Shown here: piece after piece, positions 19,025-29,002 of the stretch | Numbering within the stretch: position 1 is the stretch's first letter | Layout of the letters: every line of letters starts with the position of its first letter | Sequence record: OL964745.1 | DNA from: Escherichia phage T4 | Length of the DNA: 64,000 bases | Reading direction: 5' to 3' (one strand) | Translations under genes and position numbers: made by a program | Notes under the pieces: generated by a model | Told to the model about the DNA's origin: nothing | Database searches by the model: none | What the model saw: the letters and a program-made list of their open reading frames with translations, nothing else

Positions 19025-19040
19025 GTCTCCCGAAGGAGAC
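19025..19040 (-). terminator. Rho-independent terminator (UUCG hairpin)
   Basis: GTCTCCCGAAGGAGAC followed on minus strand by UUUUUUUC. Confidence 0.55.
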
Positions 19041-19045
19041 TAATG

Positions 19046-19432
19046 TTATTCGAGGGAAAGAAGATACTTACTCTGGTAAAACATTCCAGTAATATCATCT
19101 ATCGTGCTTTGGATGGCTGGAGGCATTTCTTTATAAATGCTGTTAGATTGGTCTAGTATGCGATCAATCATTTTAATTGTGTCGGTAGGAAGTTTACTGG
19201 CATCTGGAATTGAAGGCGTGTATTTTCGACCAGAATACCCCAAATATTGCTCACCAAATTTATCAATCAAATCTGGCAACTCGGAAAAAATAAAATCGTA
19301 TGCTTTGTGTCTAGCATAACTTTTAGTTTCAAAATGTGCAGAATGAAAATAAGCTTGTGCAGCCATTAATAAACCTAAGTATTCATCTGCCTTTGAAGGT
19401 TTTCCACTTTGTGAAAAGTCGCTGAATTTCAT
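19046..19432 (-). CDS. Hypothetical protein (rI.-1 position)
   Basis: 128-aa ORF immediately downstream of rI. Confidence 0.4.
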   Translation of the reverse strand: MKFSDFSQSGKPSKADEYLGLLMAAQAYFHSAHFETKSYARHKAYDFIFSELPDLIDKFGEQYLGYSGRKYTPSIPDASKLPTDTIKMIDRILDQSNSIYKEMPPAIQSTIDDITGMFYQSKYLLSLE

Positions 19433-19722
19433 TCAGTCTCCAATTTAATGTTCATAATTCTAGCGTATGATTGTGCCATCTCCGCGCCTCGCTCTATACA
19501 TTCAAAATCAGAAGAGCACGGGTCATTTTTATAGGTCGTTCTCATAAAACTATAGAATTGTTCAGACGATTCTACGCTTTTATTTTCAAAAAGCATATAA
19601 ACGTGCCTAATACCAGATTCCATAAATTTATCAAAATGAGGATCGACATTCGCTTCAATCGATGGAGATAAAACAAATGACAATCCTAGCATGGCAAAAA
19701 GTGCTGTTGCTTTTAAGGCCAT
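19429..19722 (-). CDS. rI: Lysis inhibition regulator rI
   Basis: 97-aa ORF with N-terminal signal-anchor, matches T4 RI from memory. Confidence 0.8.
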   Translation of the reverse strand: MALKATALFAMLGLSFVLSPSIEANVDPHFDKFMESGIRHVYMLFENKSVESSEQFYSFMRTTYKNDPCSSDFECIERGAEMAQSYARIMNIKLETE

Positions 19723-19980
19723 AAAGGCCTCCTATCATTTTTGTCCTGTATTTACTTTGTGCCGATGCACGGCCTTAACATCAAGGTATTTTTCAAAATT
19801 TCGCAATAGTATAGTCTGCCGGAGATTGGTTGAGTGATACTTCTCGACGCAAAGCTGAAATGATATTTCCAACTTCCCTACGAATTTCATCTAATTGAAG
19901 AACAGTAAGATTGCGAAGTTGCTTTTCAGTTAATTGTAGCATATACCCCTTTAGTTAGATACCTATTTATAACTTTTGCA

Positions 19981-20562
19981 CTAACCGAGCTTTTTAGTTA
20001 ATTCATTCCAATGTTTTCTACACAAAGAAACATAAATTTCATCACCAATACAAATTTGATTACCTTCTTTAACTGGTGTTCCATCTTCCATTAATCGAGC
20101 TGTCATAATCGCTTTTTTACCACAATGACAAACTGCTTTTAGTTCAATAAGTTTATCTGCAATCGCTAAAAGTTCTTTAGAACCTTCAAATAATTTTCCA
20201 GCGAAATCAGTCCTTAGCCCATAAGCCATAACAGGAACATTATATGTATCAACAATTCGGCTCAATTGATGCACCTGTTCAGTTTTTAAAAACTGAGCTT
20301 CATCTACAAATACGCAATGAATATCTTTTTGTGCTTCAGCCCATTTATAGAACTCGAAAATATCCATATCATCTGTAATAATATTCGCTTCCTGCTTAAT
20401 TCCAATGCGAGAAACGACTTCACAGACAGAATCGCGAGTATCAATAGCAGGCTTAAGAACTAATACACTCATTCCACGTTCTTTATAATTATGTGCAGCA
20501 GTCAAAAGAGAAGCAGATTTTCCAGCATTCATTGCTGCATAAGTAAAAATTAAACTCGCCAT
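19981..20562 (-). CDS. tk: Thymidine kinase
   Basis: 193-aa ORF, P-loop AAMNAGKS and Zn-ribbon CHCGKKA...CxxH. Confidence 0.9.
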   Translation of the reverse strand: MASLIFTYAAMNAGKSASLLTAAHNYKERGMSVLVLKPAIDTRDSVCEVVSRIGIKQEANIITDDMDIFEFYKWAEAQKDIHCVFVDEAQFLKTEQVHQLSRIVDTYNVPVMAYGLRTDFAGKLFEGSKELLAIADKLIELKAVCHCGKKAIMTARLMEDGTPVKEGNQICIGDEIYVSLCRKHWNELTKKLG

Positions 20563-20563
20563 C

Positions 20564-20752
20564 TTAGTCCTTAGTTAAATTTTCTAAATATGTTTCTAAA
20601 TCATTTTCAGCTTTATCGATAGATTTTACTAATTCGTAATATGTTTCGGCATCTCCATATTCAGAAGATATTTCAAAAGACAAATCCTTTTCTAAACTAA
20701 TAATTTCACCAACTAAAAATAATATTTCGTTCTTTTGTTCGCGAGTAATCAT
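20564..20752 (-). CDS. Hypothetical small acidic protein
   Basis: 62-aa ORF. Confidence 0.35.
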   Translation of the reverse strand: MITREQKNEILFLVGEIISLEKDLSFEISSEYGDAETYYELVKSIDKAENDLETYLENLTKD

Positions 20753-20940
20753 AAGGAATTTATATAATCAATGAGTTCTTGTTCTTTATTATCGAATTCT
20801 TTAGAAAGTTCTTCGTACTCGTTTGCGCTAAAAGGACCGCATTCATTACAAACTTTTTCCAATTCACTATTTTTATCCATAACTTCGTGGATAAGAGAAA
20901 AGAGTGTGTCTTTTTGTTCTTTGCTTAAACTCATAACCAT
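20749..20940 (-). CDS. Hypothetical small acidic protein
   Basis: 63-aa ORF, resembles the previous one. Confidence 0.35.
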   Translation of the reverse strand: MVMSLSKEQKDTLFSLIHEVMDKNSELEKVCNECGPFSANEYEELSKEFDNKEQELIDYINSL

Positions 20941-20962
20941 GTCACCTTTAAGCAGTATTCTT

Positions 20963-21154
20963 CTACATGCTGTTTACGACCTTTCTTATCAATAAAGGTA
21001 TATTCAACGAATGTTCCAATGTAGTCTTATCTACATCATGTGGACTATTAATTGGACATTTAGTGCGACAAATGCGTTCCCATTGACGAATAATTACTGC
21101 CTTATTCTTTGGGTCATATGGATGTGGATAATGTATATTCATAATAGTTCCCAA
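20963..21154 (-). CDS. Hypothetical small protein
   Basis: 63-aa ORF. Confidence 0.35.
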   Translation of the reverse strand: MGTIMNIHYPHPYDPKNKAVIIRQWERICRTKCPINSPHDVDKTTLEHSLNIPLLIRKVVNSM

Positions 21155-21571
21155 TCAACAATCACAATTTCTAATTTAGAGGAATATGTATCTAAAATCC
21201 CCTCAATAATATCCCAGTTCCCTTTACCTATGCCTGCACCAATCCTAGGCATATAGATTGTAGGTTTAATCAGTTTATTTTCACCAAACTCATTTAATTC
21301 TAACATACAATTCATTAAAGCGGAATACTCAATTTGGCCCTGGTTGAAATTGAGTATAAAGATTGAAGCAGTAAGCTTTATGAGTCCTAAAGTATTTTTC
21401 ATAGACTGAGTAAGAACCGAGTTTAGTTACATCACCCCATTCAGTCTGTAATTTATCAGCTTCCAAAATTTTAGGGAAAGCTTTGGTTAATTGACCCGCT
21501 ACGCCTGAACCCATAGTATGAAAACAATTATCCATGTGCAATATTTTTACCTTCAGCGAAAAGGGCGACAA
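21139..21571 (-). pseudogene. Macro-domain-like ORF split by a frameshift
   Basis: Two overlapping same-strand ORFs (21329-21571, 21139-21402); glycine-rich HTMGSGVAGQ and IGAGIGKGNW segments. Confidence 0.35.
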
Positions 21572-21593
21572 TATCGCCCTTGATATTTTACAA

Positions 21594-21941
21594 TCATCTA
21601 GTACTCAATCCTCGATTATAAGAATCTACCAAACGGTCAACCATTGAATGACAAGCGGCTTTATCTTTCTCCTCCGCAACTGAACATTCTAAGGTATTCC
21701 ACTTTTTAGCATATCGTTTTAACAATGTATCGTTTTTGTATCTGCTTGATTTATCTCTTTCTCCGTCTTTATATGCATATATTAATTTCTGTGCAAATTC
21801 AGCTTGGCATGCCTTATTTTTCCCACAATAATCTGCCGCAGTGCGGTTTACATATTCTCTAATTTCAGTATATGATGTATCTGCTGACGCAGAAGCAGAA
21901 AATGAAATTAATCCTATACATAAAACCAAAATTTTAGTCAT
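21594..21941 (-). CDS. vs: Secreted small protein, possibly Vs
   Basis: 115-aa ORF with signal peptide; length and position match T4 vs from memory. Confidence 0.45.
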   Translation of the reverse strand: MTKILVLCIGLISFSASASADTSYTEIREYVNRTAADYCGKNKACQAEFAQKLIYAYKDGERDKSSRYKNDTLLKRYAKKWNTLECSVAEEKDKAACHSMVDRLVDSYNRGLSTR

Positions 21942-22479
21942 TTACTATTTCCAAAAGTTTATTATTTTTAAGGTAATTAGCCTTTTCTAGGACTTCAGAA
22001 GCATATTTAGAACCTGCTTTAACATTCCATCCCGAATTATAAGAGGATATTGCTTTTCTTATATCGCCCTTATGTATATTTAACCAATAAGAAAGTTCAA
22101 TGTACGCCCAGGAAGCTGAATTGGATCGTTTATTCAACATTCTTTTTATTTCAGCATCGGTCATATTATAACCAAGTTCCTTAACTCTTGCTCGCATAGT
22201 AGGCAAATAATTTTGGAACATTCCGTAGGCGTGATGCTTTGGTTTAGATTTTAAATTAACTCCGCCAGAGCTTTCTTGCCATAAAATGGCAGCCATTATA
22301 TGACCTAATCCGCTCTTGTGGATATTTTTGTGTGTTTTATATTTTCCATCCTTAGAAAATTGTTCCCCGAATTGATACGCGTAACGCATGTTATCGAGTT
22401 GGACATTACTGAAATTATGCTCGGAGCTATGTGCCATCATTGAAATGGCCAATAGACCAGCGAGTAGTGCTTTTCTCAT
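21934..22479 (-). CDS. Lytic transglycosylase-like periplasmic protein
   Basis: 181-aa ORF with signal peptide and SLT-like motifs QESSGG and YGMFQ. Confidence 0.55.
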   Translation of the reverse strand: MRKALLAGLLAISMMAHSSEHNFSNVQLDNMRYAYQFGEQFSKDGKYKTHKNIHKSGLGHIMAAILWQESSGGVNLKSKPKHHAYGMFQNYLPTMRARVKELGYNMTDAEIKRMLNKRSNSASWAYIELSYWLNIHKGDIRKAISSYNSGWNVKAGSKYASEVLEKANYLKNNKLLEIVND

Positions 22480-22486
22480 GCTTACC

Positions 22487-22948
22487 TCATTGAGTTTTAA
22501 TTACTGCTTTAGAAGCCTTTCCTGGTAAACGACGACTGTTGATAATTGCCATCCTACATTGAAGTGACGGGTCTTTGAACTTCTCGTTAGGTTTACAAAC
22601 TGTAAATCCAAGCCAAAGATTTCCATCTGTGATTTCTAAACGTCCAGGACGATATTCAACCCCATCAATAAAATCCTCGTCAATGTCAGGACGCGGAGGC
22701 ATACTCAGGAATTCATTAACTTCTAAAACATGGTCTTTTATTTTATGGAATAATTCAAAAACGTATGTCTCATCAATCTCCCGTTGAATTGCGCGATCAA
22801 GAAGATGTTGAGAATATTTTAGATGAAACGATGAGACTCCTGCTGCTTTTGATGCCTCACGAATCTCATTGTTAATTTGACGAAACTCCGACTCAAAGTG
22901 ACGACGAAGCTTATTTCGACGGATAAAAACTTCTGTATTGATAGTCAT
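22487..22948 (-). CDS. regB: Endoribonuclease RegB
   Basis: 153-aa ORF, matches T4 RegB length and sequence from memory. Confidence 0.8.
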   Translation of the reverse strand: MTINTEVFIRRNKLRRHFESEFRQINNEIREASKAAGVSSFHLKYSQHLLDRAIQREIDETYVFELFHKIKDHVLEVNEFLSMPPRPDIDEDFIDGVEYRPGRLEITDGNLWLGFTVCKPNEKFKDPSLQCRMAIINSRRLPGKASKAVIKTQ

Positions 22949-23092
22949 GTTATTCTCCTCTTAACTGATAGAAAAATTATACCACAGTCAAGAGGAGTCC
23001 ATTTCTGTATTTACCCATTACCGCGCTTGGGCTCGACCTTATTACAGGTTGGCGGGAATCCCTCATATAATCATGAGGTCCAGGTTGTTCCC

Positions 23093-23509
23093 TTATGCAT
23101 AAATCGCCTTACCGTAGTATTTGTACCAAGTAGGACGTTGTGCAATTTTTTCATCTAAACGAGCTTGTGATATAGCAATAGAAGCTTCATGGGGAATATA
23201 ATCACCACGGAATTCCTGAGGAATATCACTAATATCCTGGACTGTAGTATCCTTGATATTAAAACCACGTTTTAAACATTCAGCTATAAGCTCAATTTGA
23301 CGTTTACGTAAGAACTCGAGCTTATCGTAAAAGAATGTAACATGACCTGCGCCAAGGATAAAAGTAGGACTGATTTTAAAATCACGAACACGTTTACCGT
23401 TAGCAACATGCTTACGAACTGCACCAAAAACACGCGGCAATTCACGATATTCAGCCATTAAGTGTTGGTCAGCCAATTCAGATACTAAAGTAAGGTTGAT
23501 ACGAGTCAT
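23093..23509 (-). CDS. denV: Endonuclease V (pyrimidine dimer DNA glycosylase)
   Basis: 138-aa ORF matching T4 endo V from memory. Confidence 0.9.
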
Positions 23510-23535
23510 TTTAGTGTTCTCCTGTAGTTGATAGG

Positions 23536-23568
23536 TCTATAGTATCATACCTACAGGAGATGTAAACT
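23536..23568 (-). promoter_or_regulatory. Early promoter upstream of denV
   Basis: Forward TATAGTA 23538-23544 and GTAAAC 23562-23567. Confidence 0.45.
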
Positions 23569-23569
23569 G

Positions 23570-23872
23570 TTATTTATCTTTAATTGCTTTAGCTGCTTCG
23601 ATAGCCGCTTGCTGAAGGTCATCCATAGACATGCCGAACTTAGAAGCAAAGTTATCAATTTTCTTTTCGACGGCATTCAAAGGCTTGGCCTGTTTACCTT
23701 CATTAGCGCCAGGAAGAGCGAGAATACGCTCTCTGTCAATATAAAGGCTTACAAGTTTCTTACGGTCTTTATCGGGCAAATCATGAAATGAATGGGCCTT
23801 TTTATTTACAGCGGCTTCTAATTTACCTGCGCCCACTCGCGCTTCGGCAATAAATTCTTGATATGTTTTCAT
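23570..23872 (-). CDS. ipII: Internal protein II
   Basis: 100-aa ORF with MKTYQEFIAEA capsid-targeting N-terminus. Confidence 0.8.
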   Translation of the reverse strand: MKTYQEFIAEARVGAGKLEAAVNKKAHSFHDLPDKDRKKLVSLYIDRERILALPGANEGKQAKPLNAVEKKIDNFASKFGMSMDDLQQAAIEAAKAIKDK

Positions 23873-23917
23873 ATGTTTCCTTTAAATGTAAATATTTTTA
23901 TTATTCTATCCTAGAAT

Positions 23918-23954
23918 TGTGATAATATATTCACAATTCTAGGAGTTGTAAACT
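23918..23954 (-). promoter_or_regulatory. Promoter upstream of ipII
   Basis: Forward GTAAAC 23948-23953; shared leader with ipIII. Confidence 0.4.
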
Positions 23955-23987
23955 GCTTTTATTTAAGCGTCCCAAGTATAAGCTTTA

Positions 23988-24569
23988 TTAAGAATTACCA
24001 CGGGCTGCATTAGCAACGGCGTAAGCGTACTGAATATTAGCGTCTTTAAACTTACCTTTAGAGGTATCTATTTCTGCCTTAAAGCCGCCTTTAGTCATAA
24101 CATCGGCAAATTCTTTACGGAAAGCCATTGCATCAAGACCTTTCCATGATGATTTATGCTTGGCAAATTCAAGACCTGCGAAGTTGACAGCTTTAGCCAA
24201 TTTATTATCAATGACCCATTTACCGGCTTTAGGCACAAACTTCGGGCCTTTCTGTTTAGAGAACAGTTTTAAATTCCAGCGGCGAAGGTCTGCATCAGCT
24301 TTAACAAATTCTGAGTCTAAGTTACTAGCAACAACATCTTCAATATGAGCAAATTTAAGTCCGTCAACTTCAATATTTAAATCGGTACGCCAGCGAAGTC
24401 CTTCCCAAGCGAAGGCTTTAAAGTCGGAAGCCTTTGTAGCTAAGTACCGTTCAATAGGAGCTGTTTTAGGGTCAAAGCCGTTTCCTGATCGGTAGGTCCA
24501 CTCATCTTTGTTAATGCCTTTGGCCTTTACTACAGAAGCTTCGGCAATAAATTCTTGATATGTTTTCAT
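23988..24569 (-). CDS. ipIII: Internal protein III
   Basis: 193-aa ORF with MKTYQEFIAEA N-terminus. Confidence 0.8.
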   Translation of the reverse strand: MKTYQEFIAEASVVKAKGINKDEWTYRSGNGFDPKTAPIERYLATKASDFKAFAWEGLRWRTDLNIEVDGLKFAHIEDVVASNLDSEFVKADADLRRWNLKLFSKQKGPKFVPKAGKWVIDNKLAKAVNFAGLEFAKHKSSWKGLDAMAFRKEFADVMTKGGFKAEIDTSKGKFKDANIQYAYAVANAARGNS

Positions 24570-24617
24570 ATGTTTCCTTTAAATATTTTAATTAGTAATT
24601 GTCTATTCAAGTAATTG

Positions 24618-24653
24618 TGAATATACTATCACAATTCCAAGAGAAAGTAAACA
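24618..24653 (-). promoter_or_regulatory. Promoter upstream of ipIII
   Basis: Forward GTAAAC 24647-24652. Confidence 0.4.
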
Positions 24654-24656
24654 GCT

Positions 24657-25620
<964 letters not shown>

Positions 25621-25793
25621 TTTAATTTCCTGCATTCAGTGATAAAGTTATTTAAATTTTGAGCATATTTCTTTTCATCAAAAATCTTTTGCTGTCTGCG
25701 TAACCGCCATGGCATTTCAATGAACATACGCCATATTCCTGATAATACTGCTGCTGTAAAAATATTAACAAGTAGTTAAAAGAATCCAATCGC

Positions 25794-26102
25794 CTATTCT
25801 GTCCATTGGATTTTTATAAAAAAGTAAAATACGAATGATGATATAGGAAGACTAATGATATACCACAGAAGAACCTTCTTATCTGTGAACCAATCAGCAT
25901 TCGTTAACTTAGCGCGACCATTTTGAATACACACGAATTTATCATCTGTTACAGTAAATGGCTTAGCTGCTTGATATCCCATTCTAAACTCCCTAATTAA
26001 TCGTTTCTTTGTATCTTCGGAACAACCATTCCAATCAACTCTATCAACTGGAATGCCATCATCCCCATCATCTAAATCATACCAGCGAGTTTTTAAAATC
26101 AT
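25794..26102 (-). CDS. Hypothetical membrane protein
   Basis: 102-aa ORF with C-terminal TM segment. Confidence 0.35.
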   Translation of the reverse strand: MILKTRWYDLDDGDDGIPVDRVDWNGCSEDTKKRLIREFRMGYQAAKPFTVTDDKFVCIQNGRAKLTNADWFTDKKVLLWYIISLPISSFVFYFFIKIQWTE

Positions 26103-26461
26103 TTAATTTTCCTGCAATCAATCACAAACTCTTTCATTGATTCATTTTCAATATAAGACATGTAGCTATTATATTCTTTTAATTGTATTTTGTAATCCTT
26201 TTTTCTTTGCCAATTTATTTTAAAATTATCATAATGAAAATATAAAATGATACCAAAGAATGAAAACAATGAAATAATTTTAGTATAACAAAGCTCGCTC
26301 CAAACTTCTATTATATCTACTGTACCACTGATTTTTAAAATAAAACAGTCAATTAATAGTCCAATAAGACTACCTGTAAGAGCTGCAGCCAACGCCACAG
26401 CAAAAATTAAAAATGACTCAGAAAACGAATATTTGACTTTATTTAGCTTTGGCTTTTGCAT
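26099..26461 (-). CDS. Hypothetical membrane protein
   Basis: 120-aa ORF with two hydrophobic segments. Confidence 0.4.
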   Translation of the reverse strand: MQKPKLNKVKYSFSESFLIFAVALAAALTGSLIGLLIDCFILKISGTVDIIEVWSELCYTKIISLFSFFGIILYFHYDNFKINWQRKKDYKIQLKEYNSYMSYIENESMKEFVIDCRKIK

Positions 26462-26838
26462 CGTGATTCCTTAACAAATTTCATAATTTCATTAAATTCA
26501 TACTCAGCAAGTTTAAGCTGGTGTTCCTTTTTAATCTTTTTGCACTGGGCTTTCCAATCACGTACGCGTTTACGATAATGTCTTCCTTGATACCAGTATC
26601 CTATCCAATTTACGGGTACTAATAAAAATGGAACTACCAATGGAAGAGTTAGCATTAACATAATTATTACGCCAGAATCAATATCAGTCATAACATCTAA
26701 AACACCTCCAATAATCAATAGAATTACAAATGATATAGCTATCACAGGACCTATTAATACATCAGTAGAAATTATCTGGCGCTTTAATTCATACTTCAAA
26801 GGTTTACTTGGAAGGTATAGTGATGGCTTTGACATATT
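26443..26838 (-). CDS. Hypothetical membrane protein
   Basis: ORF 26443-26856 trimmed to internal Met. Confidence 0.4.
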   Translation of the reverse strand, partial: NMSKPSLYLPSKPLKYELKRQIISTDVLIGPVIAISFVILLIIGGVLDVMTDIDSGVIIMLMLTLPLVVPFLLVPVNWIGYWYQGRHYRKRVRDWKAQCKKIKKEHQLKLAEYEFNEIMKFVKESRCKSQS

Positions 26839-27412
26839 CTCTACATTCCTTAACAAATTTTTCTAGTAATAAATCACTTTCAAAATTAGGATTTTCCACT
26901 AATTTATCAAAAAGATCATCAACAATATTCAAGATATTTCTTTTACTAAGAATACGTTTATTTTCATGCTTCGTTTCAGAATCAACTATAAGAGTAAAGA
27001 AATATTTCTTTCCCTGAAATTTTACCGTAGTATCAATATAAAATAAATTTGACTTTTGTAAATTACGTTTAAACCATGCGTCACTTAAACTATAAACACC
27101 GAGATAATCAAAATCGTCGTTTAAATAACAAACTGACCATTCAGGAGAAATGAAATCAGTAAATTCAACATCAAAATCACATGTCAATGAATGAATTGAT
27201 TCAATACTGTTAATAAGTATTCCAGGACGTATTAAAGACTTTTTACCTCTGGAAAATCTTCCAGAAAGACTTTCATCAGTTTCATATGAAGAACCCCAAT
27301 AATAATTACGTCCTTTTGCCATATGTTTAAGAGCATTTAGTAATTGGTCTGGAACATCAACGTGTCTTTGGAACTCTTCAAACATTGAATTGAAATCACT
27401 TTGCATTTTCAT
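26804..27412 (-). CDS. Hypothetical protein
   Basis: 202-aa ORF. Confidence 0.45.
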   Translation of the reverse strand: MKMQSDFNSMFEEFQRHVDVPDQLLNALKHMAKGRNYYWGSSYETDESLSGRFSRGKKSLIRPGILINSIESIHSLTCDFDVEFTDFISPEWSVCYLNDDFDYLGVYSLSDAWFKRNLQKSNLFYIDTTVKFQGKKYFFTLIVDSETKHENKRILSKRNILNIVDDLFDKLVENPNFESDLLLEKFVKECREYVKAITIPSK

Positions 27413-27432
27413 TCCTATTTACTCCAAGTAAT

Positions 27433-27450
27433 AGGGGGCCGAAGCCCCTT
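27433..27450 (-). terminator. UUCG-tetraloop hairpin at gene end
   Basis: AGGGGGCCGAAGCCCCTT; no clear U-run. Confidence 0.3.
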
Positions 27451-27454
27451 ATCA

Positions 27455-28048
27455 TTATTTCAGAGAATTAATATATTCCTGAACATCGGCAGAGGTAGTT
27501 TCAACCCCAGAAATATTACCATTAAAGGTTTCAACTCGAGCAAGAGTATCTTCAATATCAACCTTAGTCAGTGCTGCAATTTCAACTACATCATCAGCAG
27601 TACTAATTCCAAGGGCATTTGCTGCACGAGTTTCACGGATATATTCCAATTTAACTGCAAGTTCTTGGCGAGCATCATCTAACTCAACTACTTTCTTGGC
27701 GATTTCAATTCGCATTTCAGCATAACCATCAGCTTTAGTAGTCAGCTGTTCAGCTGTTCGACGATATAGCAAGCCGAGTTTAGCATGCATTGTTACATCT
27801 TGACCTTCGGAAAGAAGCTTGCGAATTTCACGCTCTTTTGATTCGGCCTGTTTATTCTTTTCAACAATAAGTTCACGAATACGTTTTTCTTCATTAATAG
27901 ATTTAACAGAAGCAGTTTTTAGGTCTTTAATTTTATCAAGTAGTTTTGCTGCTGCAGCAGTATACTGTTCTTCAACAGATAGATTTTTAGCCATTGCAGA
28001 ACCAAGTTTAGTGCGAATAAACTCAACAATTTTCTTCAGTGTGTTCAT
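27455..28048 (-). CDS. Hypothetical coiled-coil protein
   Basis: 197-aa ORF rich in Glu/Lys/Ala heptads. Confidence 0.45.
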
Positions 28049-28074
28049 AGTATTTCCTTAGGTTGGTATAATTA

Positions 28075-28111
28075 GATAATATAATATCACGTTTCTAATA
28101 GATTGTAAACT
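28075..28111 (-). promoter_or_regulatory. Early promoter
   Basis: Forward GTAAAC 28105-28110 with TATAAT complement upstream. Confidence 0.4.
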
Positions 28112-28446
28112 TATTCTTCGTCTAGCTCGTCGATAAAGGCGTTGATGGCCTCGATAATGGCATCATTGATAGCCAATAAAATAAAATCATCGTCAGTACC
28201 TTTAGAAGATTCTAAAGCATTGATATATGCTTGGTTGACGAGTTCCCAAGCCTTTTTAAAATAAGGAGCTTCATCATCAGGACAAATATCCCGCACGCCT
28301 TCAAAGATACGTTTGGCATAATCTAACACCCATTGTACAGGCATGTTTTGAGAACGTTCGTTAAACTCTTTAAAGTCCTTAGATTCAAAAAGCTCTTCAG
28401 GATAATTATTTCTATTACAAAAAGCTTTACTAAAGTTACGTTTCAT
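28111..28446 (-). CDS. Hypothetical acidic protein
   Basis: 111-aa ORF. Confidence 0.45.
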   Translation of the reverse strand: MKRNFSKAFCNRNNYPEELFESKDFKEFNERSQNMPVQWVLDYAKRIFEGVRDICPDDEAPYFKKAWELVNQAYINALESSKGTDDDFILLAINDAIIEAINAFIDELDEE

Positions 28447-28502
28447 AATGTTTTCCTCATTTGTATAGGCTCATAATATCTCAATCATGAGCCTATGTAA
28501 AC

Positions 28503-28766
28503 TTATTTCATATTATTGAAATATTCTTCTGCGATTTCGTCGTTATCATGGTAAACTTTAGAAGACAGTTTAACATAACTTTCAGCAGTGAACATGTTAA
28601 TCACAACCTTTACAGTATACCACTGACCGTCTTCATTACCCATTACTGCGTAAGTTTCAAACATCGGATGGTCAGGACCGATAACTTTAATATCATTCAC
28701 CGTACGACCGAAATCTTCTGAAACACATTTCATAAAGAAGTTGAAAAGTTCACCGTAATTATCCAT
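28503..28766 (-). CDS. Hypothetical protein
   Basis: Start at internal Met (MDNYGELF) with GGAG SD; the track start at 28829 lies inside the promoter. Confidence 0.45.
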   Translation of the reverse strand: MDNYGELFNFFMKCVSEDFGRTVNDIKVIGPDHPMFETYAVMGNEDGQWYTVKVVINMFTAESYVKLSSKVYHDNDEIAEEYFNNMK

Positions 28767-28806
28767 TTTATTCTCCAAGTTATTTTCTGTATCAGTAGTT
28801 GATAGT

Positions 28807-28840
28807 TGTATAGTACCATGGAAGAACAAGGATGTAAACA
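28807..28840 (-). promoter_or_regulatory. Early promoter
   Basis: Forward TATAGTA 28809-28815 and GTAAAC 28834-28839. Confidence 0.5.
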
Positions 28841-28972
28841 GTTTTGTGAAAAAATTTTTAAAAAGTTTTAGGGAATTCTAGGGCGGAGAGGGGCAATTAA
28901 AAGATAGGATAATATATTATAAAGGGTATAAACTAAATGATGCCTAGAGAGGTCTGGAAAGGCTTAGATACC

Positions 28973-29000
28973 AAAAAGCCCCAACCTTTCGGTCGGGGCT
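28973..29000 (-). terminator. Rho-independent terminator after the stable-RNA region
   Basis: Minus strand GCCCCGACC-GAAA-GGUUGGGGC followed by UUUUU. Confidence 0.5.
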
Positions 29001-29002
29001 AA

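Noticed and set aside
27455-28048. Possible PspA/IM30-like protein
   Set aside because: Similarity is limited to a generic Ala/Glu/Lys-rich coiled-coil composition and I could not identify a specific PspA motif, so it is kept as a hypothetical coiled-coil protein.
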